Below, in pieces: positions 34,428 through 44,564 of a DNA stretch of 64,000 nucleotides. A program made the position numbers and the translations under genes. How positions within the stretch are numbered: position 1 is the first letter of the stretch; every line of letters starts with the position of its first letter. Origin of the DNA: Myxococcota bacterium (GTDB lineage Bacteria > Myxococcota_A > UBA9160 > UBA6930); the NCBI GenBank assembly GCA_965223705.1, contig OZ245015.1:3200001-3264000 (forward strand), read 5' to 3'. The notes under the pieces were generated by a model. It had not been told where the DNA came from, ran no database searches, and was given only the letters and a program-made list of their open reading frames with translations.

Positions 34428-36697
34428 ATCGCCTGTGCTCCGGCGATCTTGCGAAGGCGAAGTGCGTTCGAGATCACGGATAGCGAGCTCAGACTCATGG
34501 CTGCCGCGGCGAGAATCGGGCTCATGACCACACCCAGAATCGGATAGAGCGCGCCGGCCGCGACGGGAACGCCGAGAGCGTTGTAGACGAACGCGAAGAA
34601 GAGATTTTGGCGAACGTTCGCCATCGCCATACGGCTGAGACGTCGGGCCCGAAGGAGCGCGCGTAGATCGCCTCGGAGAAGCGTCACCCCTGCCGATTCA
34701 ATCGCGATATCGGTACCGGTTCCCATCGCGACCCCCACGTTCGCTTCGGCGAGCGCAGGCGCATCGTTGATCCCGTCTCCGGCCATCCCGACGATGCGGC
34801 CCTCGGCTCGGAAGTCCCGGATCACCGCCGCCTTTTCTGCGGGGAGCACGCCGGCGCGTACCTCATCGATGGAAAGCGCTTCGGCTACGTGCTCTGCGGG
34901 GGCGAGATCGTCCCCGGTCAACATCACGATGCGCAAACCCTCGGCCCGAAGGGCGGCCACGACCTCGCGCGACCCCTCCTTCAGGGGGTCCGCGACGGAA
35001 AAGACGCCGACGAACTGCCCGTCGACCGCGACCGGGAGCGACGTCTCGGGGCCGCTCCCCCCGGTCGGCTCCGGGACATCTGTCCCCCCGTCGCGAAGGA
35101 ACGACGCTTTGCCAATAGCGACCCGATGCCCGGCGACCCGCCCTCGCACGCCTCGCCCAGGCTGATAGTCGAAATCTTCGACCTTCTCGAGCGGAAGTCC
35201 GCGCTCTCTCGCCGCGTGGACGAGAGCGAGGCCAACGGGATGCTCACTGAGGGATTCGACGCTCGCCGCAAGCTGCAGGAGCCTCGCTTCGTCGAAGCGG
35301 CCCACGGTCGTCGTGCGAACGAGTGCGGGTTTGCCTTCGGTCAGTGTGCCCGTCTTATCGACCACCAATGTGTCGACGTCGCCCAAGACTTCGAGAGCCT
35401 CGGCGCTTCGAAAAAGCGCACCCTGGGTCGCTCCAATTCCCATCGCCACCATCATCGACATCGGAGTCGCCAGTCCCAGAGCACACGGACACGCGATGAT
35501 GAGAACCGCGACGGCGCTGACGATGCCGTGAGTCAGTCGCGGTTCGGGACCCCAAAGAGCCCAGGCGACCAACGCCGCCAAGGCAACGGCGACCACCGCC
35601 GGAACAAACACCCCGGCGACGCGATCCGCGACCGATTGGATCGGCGCCCTCGTTCGCTGGGCGGTGGCGACGAGTGCGATGATCTGCGACAGCACCGTGT
35701 CCTGGCCCACCCGCTCGGCGCGAATGACCAAGGCACCGGTGGTGTTGATCGTGCCACCGATCACTTCGGCGCCGACGGCCTTCCCAACCGGTAGCGGCTC
35801 GCCGCTCACCATCGACTCGTCGAGAAAACTCGTGCCTTCGAGTACGACACCATCGACCGGGACGCTCTCCCCCGGGCGAACGCGCAACCGATCGCCCACG
35901 GCGACCGCGTCGAGAGGAACCGCTCGCTCGGCTCCGCTCTCTTCCAGCCGATTCGCTGTCCGCGGGGCGAGTTCGAGCAGCGCTCGAATCTCTCCACCCG
36001 TCCGATGCCGCGCGCGCAGCTCGAGAACCTGTCCCAAAAGAACGAGCGTGACGATGGCCGCCGCCGCTTCGAAATACACGGGGACGCCGCCGCCCGGCGC
36101 GCGAAAAGCGGGGGGGAACGTGTCCGGAACGAGAAGGGCCGCGACACTGAAACCGAAGGCTGCTCCCACCCCGATCGCGATCAGGGTGAACATGTTGGGG
36201 TTCCGTTCGACAATCGACGACCAACCGCGCTGGAGGAGAGGCGCTCCTGCCCACAACACCACAGGTGTCGCAAGGACGGCTTGCGCGATGTGTGCCACGG
36301 TCGACGGCACGGCGTTCATCCACGGTCGGCCGGGCAACATATCGAGCATCGCGATGGTGACCGCGGGCACCGCCAACGCCGCGCTCACGCGAAACCGCCG
36401 CGTCATGTCGATCAACTCTTCCGAAGGGCCCTCATCTCGTGTCGGCATCAAGGGCTCGAGGCCCATCCCGCAAACGGGACAGCTCTCGAACGCATCGCGC
36501 ACTACTTCGGGGTGCATGGGACACGTAAAGGGACCCTCCGAATCTTTGGGGGCGGAGAAATCCGCGTCCGGGTCCTCGAGAAACCGCGCGAGGCAGCGCG
36601 ATGAGCAGAAGGCGTAGCGCTCGCCGGCGTGGACCGTTTCGTGGTCTCCTCCGGTAGCGACCGTCATGCCGCAGACGGGATCGCGCAGGGAAGCCAA
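34424..36697 (-). CDS. Cu(I)-translocating P1B-type ATPase with N-terminal YHS and heavy-metal-binding domains
   Basis: Motifs [40 protein letters not shown] and MSLSS. Confidence 0.95.
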   Translation of the reverse strand: MASLRDPVCGMTVATGGDHETVHAGERYAFCSSRCLARFLEDPDADFSAPKDSEGPFTCPMHPEVVRDAFESCPVCGMGLEPLMPTRDEGPSEELIDMTRRFRVSAALAVPAVTIAMLDMLPGRPWMNAVPSTVAHIAQAVLATPVVLWAGAPLLQRGWSSIVERNPNMFTLIAIGVGAAFGFSVAALLVPDTFPPAFRAPGGGVPVYFEAAAAIVTLVLLGQVLELRARHRTGGEIRALLELAPRTANRLEESGAERAVPLDAVAVGDRLRVRPGESVPVDGVVLEGTSFLDESMVSGEPLPVGKAVGAEVIGGTINTTGALVIRAERVGQDTVLSQIIALVATAQRTRAPIQSVADRVAGVFVPAVVAVALAALVAWALWGPEPRLTHGIVSAVAVLIIACPCALGLATPMSMMVAMGIGATQGALFRSAEALEVLGDVDTLVVDKTGTLTEGKPALVRTTTVGRFDEARLLQLAASVESLSEHPVGLALVHAARERGLPLEKVEDFDYQPGRGVRGRVAGHRVAIGKASFLRDGGTDVPEPTGGSGPETSLPVAVDGQFVGVFSVADPLKEGSREVVAALRAEGLRIVMLTGDDLAPAEHVAEALSIDEVRAGVLPAEKAAVIRDFRAEGRIVGMAGDGINDAPALAEANVGVAMGTGTDIAIESAGVTLLRGDLRALLRARRLSRMAMANVRQNLFFAFVYNALGVPVAAGALYPILGVVMSPILAAAAMSLSSLSVISNALRLRKIAGAQAI

Positions 36698-36985
36698 CTA
36701 ACGCCCCCCGATGTGAGCGAAGCGGGAGAACACCTCGATCAGCTCGTCGAGCTTTTCCCTGCGCTCCTTGGCGCGGCCACTCTGGATGGCGTCGGCGACG
36801 CACGTCTCGACGTGCCCTTCGAGCAGCAGCTTGCCCGCCTTGTCGAGAGCCCCCCGCACGGCTGCGATCTGGAGCAGCACATCAACGCAGTAGCGATCCT
36901 CTTCGACCATGCGTTCGATTGCGGCCACCTGGCCGGCAATTTTCCGGAGACGCCGCCCCGCTTGGTCTCGGACTTCGGGTGTCAT
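36698..36985 (-). CDS. csoR: CsoR-family metal-sensing repressor
   Basis: [28 protein letters not shown]...LEGHVETC carries the Cys/His/Cys ligands. Heads the Cu operon. Confidence 0.9.
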   Translation of the reverse strand: MTPEVRDQAGRRLRKIAGQVAAIERMVEEDRYCVDVLLQIAAVRGALDKAGKLLLEGHVETCVADAIQSGRAKERREKLDELIEVFSRFAHIGGR

Positions 36986-36995
36986 GACGACACCC

Positions 36996-37014
36996 TATAC
37001 CCCTATGGGGTATA
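36996..37014. promoter_or_regulatory. CsoR-type operator palindrome
   Basis: Perfect inverted repeat TATACCCC-TAT-GGGGTATA, 10 nt upstream of the csoR ATG and overlapping its putative -10 (TAGGGT). Confidence 0.85.
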
Positions 37015-37026
37015 CCGCAACAACAC

Positions 37027-37845
37027 CTACCAGCTGTTCCGGAGCTCGCGCAGCTTCAGGAACACTTCCTTGGGAGACGCCTTCTCGGAAAGCTCGGGAA
37101 AACGCTCCCGGAGCCTCGCGATCACGCTCGCACTGGTCAGGCGGAAAAAGGTGTTGAATTCCTTTTCGTCCGCGAGGGAAGTAACCCGGGCCCGTTCCGG
37201 GTCGTGGTTCTTCTCGAGATCGGCGAGCAGGGCCGCTGCCGTCTCGTTGTCGGGCTCGCGGTCCAAGGTGAACTGCAAATTGTTCGTGATGTAGTCGTGT
37301 CCCGGGTAGATCAACGTCGTGTCGGGCAGTTCCGAGAGCTGCCGCGCGAATGTCTCATACAGCTCCTCGGGATGGCCACCCCCATGGCAGTTCCCAGCGC
37401 CCGCATTGAACAGCGTATCGCCGCTAAAGAGCGCCGGTGTATCCGTCTTCGACAGGAGGCACACGTGGCTCATCGTGTGACCCGGCGTATCGAGAGCGAG
37501 AAGCTCGACGGTTTTGCCCACGCGGATCACGTCCCCAGCGGACAATCCGCGATCGATGCCCTTGATGCGCGGGCCGGCGTTGCTGTGGGCCAGGAGCTTC
37601 GCCCCCGTGGCTTCGATCAGTGGGCCGTTCCCTCCGGTGTGATCTCCGTGCTCGTGCGTATTCACGATTTGAGTGATCCGCCAGCCCTTGGCTTCCGCGC
37701 GGGCGAGGCACTTCTCGTAGTCGAGGGGATCGACCGCCAGCGCCTCCCCGCTCTCTCCGCACGCGATCAGATAGTTGAAGTTGCGGTAGTCGTTTCCAGT
37801 CCAGATCTGCTCGACGATCAAAGGATGCTCCTCGGGTGCGGACAA
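37027..37845 (-). CDS. gloB: Hydroxyacylglutathione hydrolase (glyoxalase II)
   Basis: Metallo-beta-lactamase motifs THEHGDHTGG, TPGHT, GDTLF..GAG and YPGHDY. Confidence 0.85.
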   Translation of the reverse strand: MSAPEEHPLIVEQIWTGNDYRNFNYLIACGESGEALAVDPLDYEKCLARAEAKGWRITQIVNTHEHGDHTGGNGPLIEATGAKLLAHSNAGPRIKGIDRGLSAGDVIRVGKTVELLALDTPGHTMSHVCLLSKTDTPALFSGDTLFNAGAGNCHGGGHPEELYETFARQLSELPDTTLIYPGHDYITNNLQFTLDREPDNETAAALLADLEKNHDPERARVTSLADEKEFNTFFRLTSASVIARLRERFPELSEKASPKEVFLKLRELRNSW

Positions 37846-37902
37846 ATGTCCGGCTTGGCTCGCGCGATTCTATAATGTACCGGACCCACTCGGGAGGGAA
37901 GG

Positions 37903-38268
37903 ATGAGCAACGCCGAAGCTGTCTTTCAACATCACCTGGCCGCATTCGCAGAAGGTGACATCGACGAAATCCTGAAGGACTACACCGAGGAGACGATCGT
38001 GATCTACGACGATCGGGTGGCCCGAGGAATCGACGAAATTCGGAAGTTCTTCGCCCACTGGATCGACGATCTCCTGCCCCCGGGCTGCCGCTTCGACCTG
38101 GAGCGAATGCAAGTCGAAGACGACCTCGTATTCATTACCTGGACCGCGGAAAGCGAGCGCCTCCTCTTCGAACTCGGAACCGACACGTTTCTCATTCGAG
38201 ACGGCAAGGTCGTTCGCCAAACCGTTGCCGCAAAGATCCGCGCAAAGGATGCGGCCGGAGTTTCGTGA
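37903..38268 (+). CDS. SnoaL/NTF2-like protein
   Basis: Motifs HHLAAFAEGDIDEILKDY and GTDTFLIRDGKV. GGAAGG RBS. Confidence 0.85.
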   Translation: MSNAEAVFQHHLAAFAEGDIDEILKDYTEETIVIYDDRVARGIDEIRKFFAHWIDDLLPPGCRFDLERMQVEDDLVFITWTAESERLLFELGTDTFLIRDGKVVRQTVAAKIRAKDAAGVS

Positions 38269-39413
38269 GCGCACTTCGCCGCATCAACGTGAGCTCCGGG
38301 CGACCCCTCGAAGCGAGGGCGTACTACTCCCGCGCGCTGCGGGTGGGAAACTCGGTCCTTCAGTCCGGTACGACATCGATCGACCGCGAGGGAAACGTGC
38401 TCGGCGAGGACGACGTCGCCACACAAGTCCGGGTCATCCTCGAGCTCGCGCGCCAGAGCATGGGTGCCGCCGAGGGCAACTTTCGGGACGTGGTTCGCGC
38501 GAGACTTCATCTGACGGGATCGGCCGAGGAGTCGCGCGCCGTCGCGACCCTCCTGGCCGGCCTCGACGGCGCTCGACCCGTGCTGACGGTCGTTCCGGTC
38601 AGTCGCCTCGCGCGTCCGTCACAGCTCGTCGAAATCGAGCTCGAGGCCATCGACGATGCCTCACAGCGCGCGACCCGCCTAGGCGACGGGCCGGCCGCGG
38701 AAACTCTGCGAATGGGCGACCGAGTGTTCGTCGGGGGGCGCTCCGACGGCTCCGGACTGATGCCGGAAGTACAAGTCGAAAAGACCCTCGCAGCGATCGG
38801 GGAGCAGCTCGCGAATGCCGGCGCGGCGCTCGAAGACTGGGTTTGCGCACGTGCATTTGTCACGGAACCCCTCTCCTTCAAGGGCTACCGAGACGCGGCG
38901 CGAGAGGCCCTCCATGGCGTGCGACCGGCGGGGTCGATCTTCGGAGTCTCTTCTCTCGGCGGTGCGGCGGTGCGAATCGAAGGCGAGGCGGTTATCGGCG
39001 CAGGTTCCCGGCGAACGGACTACGGCGGTTCCGATCTCCTGCCCTTCTCCCGGTGCGTGCGCGCCTTCGATCGGATCTTTGTCGCGGCGTCGGGAAGCGT
39101 CGACACCGACAACGCCATCCCGGTGGGAGATTGGGGAGGGCAACGGGACCGATGCACAGAAGCGTTGGAGCGCCAGCTCGTCGAGGCCGGCGCCAGCCTC
39201 GATGATGTCGTCGTCCGCCGCTACTTCACCCGCGCCGATGCCGACATGAACCGAGGCTACGGCGACGGGCCTTCGTGGTTCAAAGGGACGCGACCCGTCG
39301 CCCTCGGTTGCCGCGTTTCCCATCACGCGGACCCGGCGATACTCATTTCACTGGAGGCGGAGGCGCGCGTCGGAGCCGCGCAGCACATCGAATGGAGGGA
39401 GATCGCGGTCTAG
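38265..39413 (+). CDS. RidA/YjgF-family protein with three tandem Rid-like domains
   Basis: Domain 1: SSGRPLEARAYYSRALRVG...LVEIELEA. Domain 2: AGAALEDWV...VRIEGEA. Domain 3: FSRCVRAFDRIFV...AGASLDDVV...ISLEAEA. Confidence 0.75.
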   Translation: MSALRRINVSSGRPLEARAYYSRALRVGNSVLQSGTTSIDREGNVLGEDDVATQVRVILELARQSMGAAEGNFRDVVRARLHLTGSAEESRAVATLLAGLDGARPVLTVVPVSRLARPSQLVEIELEAIDDASQRATRLGDGPAAETLRMGDRVFVGGRSDGSGLMPEVQVEKTLAAIGEQLANAGAALEDWVCARAFVTEPLSFKGYRDAAREALHGVRPAGSIFGVSSLGGAAVRIEGEAVIGAGSRRTDYGGSDLLPFSRCVRAFDRIFVAASGSVDTDNAIPVGDWGGQRDRCTEALERQLVEAGASLDDVVVRRYFTRADADMNRGYGDGPSWFKGTRPVALGCRVSHHADPAILISLEAEARVGAAQHIEWREIAV

Positions 39414-40210
39414 AGCACTGCGAGGATCCGGAGTTCGATGCTGCGCCGCCCCAACGCGTCAGGCGGCGCGGTCGGGTCATCGAACGACGTGTGTGGACAC
39501 ACGAATGCGCGGTCCGCACGCGGATCGAACTGCTTGAACACGATCGCCTCGTCTGGCTGCATTTTCGGGAAGTAGCAAAAGCGGTGGTTCGCGTTGAACA
39601 CCGGCACCGAAGATACAGCGTCTCTTCCAGCGGCGGCGTAGACGTAATCCACCAAGTCGTCGCGCGACAGAGTCGCCGCATCGATCAGCGTGAGCGGGTT
39701 CTGCTGCACTTCACGCTCGATGGGTTGCCACACGTTGAGCCAGACGAAATCGCGGTGCGCGACTCGGTCCGGAGAGGTCCCCACGTGGGTCGCATACATC
39801 CTCTGAGCGATCTCGACAGCCAACTCGGCGCTGTAGTCGCAGTGTACGAACCGCGCGTACGCGTCGTTGAAGTCCTCGGGATTCTCCGTTCGAACGACGT
39901 GCTGCAGAAAGAGTACTTCCGAGGCGCCGGTGAACCCCCGAACGCGCTCGGCCCATTCGGCGTAGTAGCGCCCCTCGACTTCTTCGGCGTTGCGGAAATC
40001 CGAAACATCCGTCCGGTGGCGTGTGAGAAGGAAACCCGATCGGTCGAGATCGAGCTCGCCCGCGACGCTCCGGGGGCGCGCATCGGTGATGATGACCTCG
40101 CGGAACTCGGTCATCTCCCGCCGGCTCTCTCGGGATCCGATCCGCGGGAGCTCTTCGCGACCCTTCCACTCCGACTTCAAGTAGCGAACGTTTGCCCGGA
40201 TTTCGGCCAC
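39410..40210 (-). CDS. CmcJ/NvfI-family oxidoreductase/methyltransferase-like protein
   Basis: Motifs LDLDRSGFLL, FVHCDY, LNVWQPI, PLTLIDA, PHTSFDDP and RRSIELR. Confidence 0.8.
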   Translation of the reverse strand: MAEIRANVRYLKSEWKGREELPRIGSRESRREMTEFREVIITDARPRSVAGELDLDRSGFLLTRHRTDVSDFRNAEEVEGRYYAEWAERVRGFTGASEVLFLQHVVRTENPEDFNDAYARFVHCDYSAELAVEIAQRMYATHVGTSPDRVAHRDFVWLNVWQPIEREVQQNPLTLIDAATLSRDDLVDYVYAAAGRDAVSSVPVFNANHRFCYFPKMQPDEAIVFKQFDPRADRAFVCPHTSFDDPTAPPDALGRRSIELRILAVL

Positions 40211-40255
40211 GGCGGTTCCTCTTCGTTCCTACTGTAGCTTCCGCCGAACCAGAGG

Positions 40256-41530
40256 CTACGAGGGCATGGACTTCAAGTAAGCGCGCAGGCCCTCGTTCGC
40301 GTCCGTCAGCCGCTCCCGATCCGCTACGTCGAGATATTCCGTATCGGGTGAGTTCGCGTGGTGCGCCAGATCTTGCGTCCAGGGTTGCCCGCGTTCGCGC
40401 GCCGATTCTGCCAAGACGCGATTCAGCTTCTTTCCGGATACGAGACAGCTTCGATGCTCGAGCGCCCAAGCGCGCGGTTGAAACGTATTCTCCCCGCGTG
40501 CCATCTCCGCGATCGTTCGGGCCAGACGGCCTTCCGGAACGACACGACCGGTGTCTTCGACGATATTCTTGTGGATCCCGCCTACGTGATCGTCGAGTGA
40601 GATCACCGGAACGTCGCAGAACATGCTCTCCGATAGCGCGCGGTTGCTTCCCTCCTTGAGACTCAGCAGCACAGAGCAGCGTGCCCGGCACGTGACATTC
40701 ATGACTTCTTCGAACGGGATCCGCTCGAAGAACGAGATCTGAGAGCGCACTCCGAAGTGTTCCGCGAGTCGTTCGATATCGACGCGGGTCCCCCCTTCCC
40801 AAGGCCCGCCGATGAGAGCCACCCGGTAGGTGGGATCGAGTTCGGTCAGAGAGCGAAACAACACGTGATGGCGTTTTGAGGGCCCCCAGTGGGAGTTCAT
40901 GACGAGATCGAATTCTTTCGGTTGCCCGAGGTAGGGCTCGGCAATGGAGGGATCGACCCAATCGCAAGGGCCGAGTGGAATCGGAACGAGATTGCTGTCG
41001 AGCCTTTCCAAAAACGTGAAGTCGCCTGCTTCGCCCGACAAGACGAAAATTGGATCGTCGAACTGCGTGTAGTAGAGAAGGTCCCGATCGAAGTAGCCCG
41101 ACCACGACGGCTCGAGCACCAATGTGTAGTCGTCGAGTAGCCGCCGCACATCGAGTTGGGCAGCGATCGCCGAGAGGAGCTCGGAAAACATGACGAACAG
41201 CACTCCCCGCTCGTCGCTCTTCGGGGCCTTCAACACCAGGAGGCGGCGGCCGAAGACAGACTCGAGAGGCACGGTGCTTCCGGTGGTGGCGGCGTGGGCA
41301 AGAGGCAGGAGTTCTTCCAGGTGTCCTTCACAGCGCTCGCGTATACCCGGCACGCGCGCCATGCGGTGCGCCCGGGAGATCAGCGACAGCGCTCGCTCCG
41401 AATCGCCGAGCGCCCCCAGAGCGCGACCCAAGGGATAGGCGAACCGGCTGATGGCGCTCGACCGGGTGACCCAGTCTGTGAGGTCGCGCAGGCCCAGGAC
41501 GACCGGTATCGGTAGCGCGCTTCGAAACAT
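40256..41530 (-). CDS. Glycosyltransferase (GT4/GT-B-like)
   Basis: Motifs KRHHVLF and LSLKEGSNRALSESMFCDVPVIS (EX7E), and IVEDTG. Confidence 0.72.
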   Translation of the reverse strand: MFRSALPIPVVLGLRDLTDWVTRSSAISRFAYPLGRALGALGDSERALSLISRAHRMARVPGIRERCEGHLEELLPLAHAATTGSTVPLESVFGRRLLVLKAPKSDERGVLFVMFSELLSAIAAQLDVRRLLDDYTLVLEPSWSGYFDRDLLYYTQFDDPIFVLSGEAGDFTFLERLDSNLVPIPLGPCDWVDPSIAEPYLGQPKEFDLVMNSHWGPSKRHHVLFRSLTELDPTYRVALIGGPWEGGTRVDIERLAEHFGVRSQISFFERIPFEEVMNVTCRARCSVLLSLKEGSNRALSESMFCDVPVISLDDHVGGIHKNIVEDTGRVVPEGRLARTIAEMARGENTFQPRAWALEHRSCLVSGKKLNRVLAESARERGQPWTQDLAHHANSPDTEYLDVADRERLTDANEGLRAYLKSMPS

Positions 41531-41622
41531 GTCCCCCTCAACGACTCGGCGGAGTATTGCGAATCGATTCGTATCGACCCAGGCGTTGACCCACTCCTAG
41601 TGGACGCCGTAGTCTTCGCTTT

Positions 41623-42024
41623 GTGACAAAGACAAACGACAACAAAGCTCTCATCGAATCGATGTACCGCGCTCTCGCAGAGCATCAACCCGAGGGATTT
41701 CTCGACAGTCTCGCCGAGAACGTTCGCTGGACGATTATCGGAACGACCGAGTTCTCGAGAACCTATGAAGGAAAAACAGCGCTGATCAAAGGGTTGCTCG
41801 AGCCGTTTATGGCGAAAATGGACGGCCCCGCCGTGATCGAGCCGACGAATCTCATCGCGGAAGGTGACTTCGTCGCGATGGAGTCTCGCGGACGCGCGCG
41901 AACGGTCTACGCGAAGGACTACAACAACACCTACTGTCATATCTTCCGAATTCGCGACGCGAAAGTCGTCGAAGTCACGGAATACTTGGACACCGAGCTC
42001 GTAACCGAAGCCTTTAGCCCCTAG
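41623..42024 (+). CDS. SnoaL/NTF2-like protein
   Basis: Motifs IAEGDFVAME and YNNTYCHIFRIRDAKVVEVTEYLDT. Confidence 0.88.
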   Translation: MTKTNDNKALIESMYRALAEHQPEGFLDSLAENVRWTIIGTTEFSRTYEGKTALIKGLLEPFMAKMDGPAVIEPTNLIAEGDFVAMESRGRARTVYAKDYNNTYCHIFRIRDAKVVEVTEYLDTELVTEAFSP

Positions 42025-42026
42025 CT

Positions 42027-42779
<753 letters not shown>

Positions 42780-42798
42780 GGCTGGTACAATCGGACCC

Positions 42799-43476
42799 AT
42801 GCTTCACCTTTTCTACTTCATCACGCGCAAAGCTTCGATGGCCGAAGAAGAGTTCCACCGCTATTGGCGCGAGGTCCACGGACCCATCGTCGAGAAGATC
42901 CCCATGCTTCGGCGCTACCAACAGAGTCACCAGCTCCCCGGAACGTCGATCGCTTCGAACTTTGACGGGGCCGCCGAGGCGTGGATAGACGATTTCGGCA
43001 GCCTGGAAGCGCTTCGTTCGAGCCCTGCGTACCTCGAGGGCGCGCTGGCCGACGAGCCAAATTTCATCGACATGAAGCGTGTCGAGTGGTTGGTGACCCG
43101 GGACAACGTCGTGCTCGACGGCGCCCAGACAGGAAAACAGGTCAAGACCGTCACCCGCGTCAAACGCAAGGAAGGGGTGACCGTCGAGGAGTTCCGGAAA
43201 CACTGGGCGGAAGTTCACGGGCCGATCGCTCTGCGCCTCCCGGGCATTCAACGCTACGTACAGAGCGCGACCGTCGACGAAGCCTATCAGTACGGCGAGC
43301 CCCGTTGGGACGGCGTCGCGCAAATTTGGGTGGATAATCTCCCCGCCTTGAAGGCGGTGCGGGAGTCCGAGACCTACACAGTCGACGCGATGAGCGACGC
43401 GTCGCTGTTTCTCGACGTGTCGGCGATCTCGGGGTTCGCGGCTGAAGAAGTCCTCGTCCGCTGGCCCAGCATCTAG
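42799..43476 (+). CDS. EthD-family protein with two EthD domains
   Basis: Repeated unit EEFHRYWREVHGPI..RRYQQS..FDGAAEAW / EEFRKHWAEVHGPI..QRYVQS..WDGVAQIW. Confidence 0.85.
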   Translation: MLHLFYFITRKASMAEEEFHRYWREVHGPIVEKIPMLRRYQQSHQLPGTSIASNFDGAAEAWIDDFGSLEALRSSPAYLEGALADEPNFIDMKRVEWLVTRDNVVLDGAQTGKQVKTVTRVKRKEGVTVEEFRKHWAEVHGPIALRLPGIQRYVQSATVDEAYQYGEPRWDGVAQIWVDNLPALKAVRESETYTVDAMSDASLFLDVSAISGFAAEEVLVRWPSI

Positions 43477-43488
43477 CGGGGGACCGGC

Positions 43489-44556
43489 ATGAAACGATCG
43501 GTTCTTTGGATTGTGCTCAGCCTCGCTCTCGCGACCGGCTGCCGTTCCGCGAACGAGGGCTGCGAACCGGCGGGTGGCATCACTCCGATTTGCGGTTTCT
43601 TGGCCCCCGAGGACCTCGAGGTCACCGGAGCCGGAGACGCAATCATCGTCGGCGGGTTCAGTCTCGACAATGCGAACGGAGACATCCGGGCTCTCTACCT
43701 TGCCGACGAGGCCGCGGAGATCATCTACGCCCCCGACCGTGGCGGAGACAGCGTTCCGGCAGAGGCCCGCTGGGGCGACCCCACGTGCGAGGGTCCGTCG
43801 GATTCCTTCGCCGCCCACGGCATTCACCTATCTCAAAACGAGTTTGGCACCGAGACGCTCCTCGTCGTGAATCACACGGGGCGCGAGTCGATCGAATGGT
43901 TTGAAGTCTCCCGCGACACGGCTGGTCGTTACGCCGCGGAATGGAAGGGCTGCGTGATCATCGACGAAGAGCTCTGGGTGAACGATGTCGCCATGCTCCC
44001 GGAAGGCGGGTTCGTGGCAAGCCATATGATGCCTCGTGAACTGGCCAGTACGCTGTTCGACCGAAAACCCAATGACGACGTCGAGACGGGCTACCTGGTC
44101 ACATGGAAACCGGGTGACGGTTGGCAAAAGATTGAAGGTACGGAGGGGGCCCTCCCGAACGGGGTACAGGTGTCGCCCGATGGCTCGGTCATCTACAACA
44201 ATCACTATTCGGGCGATCAGACGATTGCCTTCGACCGCGTCCGCGGAAGACGAATTTGGACGACCGAGGTTCCGGGTGCTCCCGACAACATGAGCATCAC
44301 TCCGGCCGGGAAACTTCTCATCGCCGCGCATCTCGCCACACTTCGCGAAATCCGCGACTGCATGAACGAAGCGGGGCCTTTTTGTGCGCTCGGCTTCGCC
44401 CTCTTCTATCTCGACCCGGCGGACGGCGGGCTGACCCCGGTCTTCGAGTCAGCGGGGCCGCCCTTCGGAGGCTCGACAGTCGCCGTCGAAACCGGCGGCT
44501 CGATCTACATGGGCGCCTTCGCGGGGAACCGCATCGGTCGCATCGCGGCGCCGTAA
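43489..44556 (+). CDS. SMP-30/gluconolactonase/paraoxonase-like beta-propeller lipoprotein
   Basis: Lipobox LATGC, then PEDL, AHGI, LLVVNH, VNDV, PNGVQVSPDG and PDNM. Confidence 0.8.
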   Translation: MKRSVLWIVLSLALATGCRSANEGCEPAGGITPICGFLAPEDLEVTGAGDAIIVGGFSLDNANGDIRALYLADEAAEIIYAPDRGGDSVPAEARWGDPTCEGPSDSFAAHGIHLSQNEFGTETLLVVNHTGRESIEWFEVSRDTAGRYAAEWKGCVIIDEELWVNDVAMLPEGGFVASHMMPRELASTLFDRKPNDDVETGYLVTWKPGDGWQKIEGTEGALPNGVQVSPDGSVIYNNHYSGDQTIAFDRVRGRRIWTTEVPGAPDNMSITPAGKLLIAAHLATLREIRDCMNEAGPFCALGFALFYLDPADGGLTPVFESAGPPFGGSTVAVETGGSIYMGAFAGNRIGRIAAP

Positions 44557-44564
44557 GCCGAATC

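Noticed and set aside
31933..37014. Copper operon as a mobile resistance island, or as a dedicated Cu supply for the copper-radical oxidase
   Set aside because: No flanking repeats or mobility genes. It lies about 12 kb from the oxidase with unrelated genes between, and it encodes efflux/detoxification functions.
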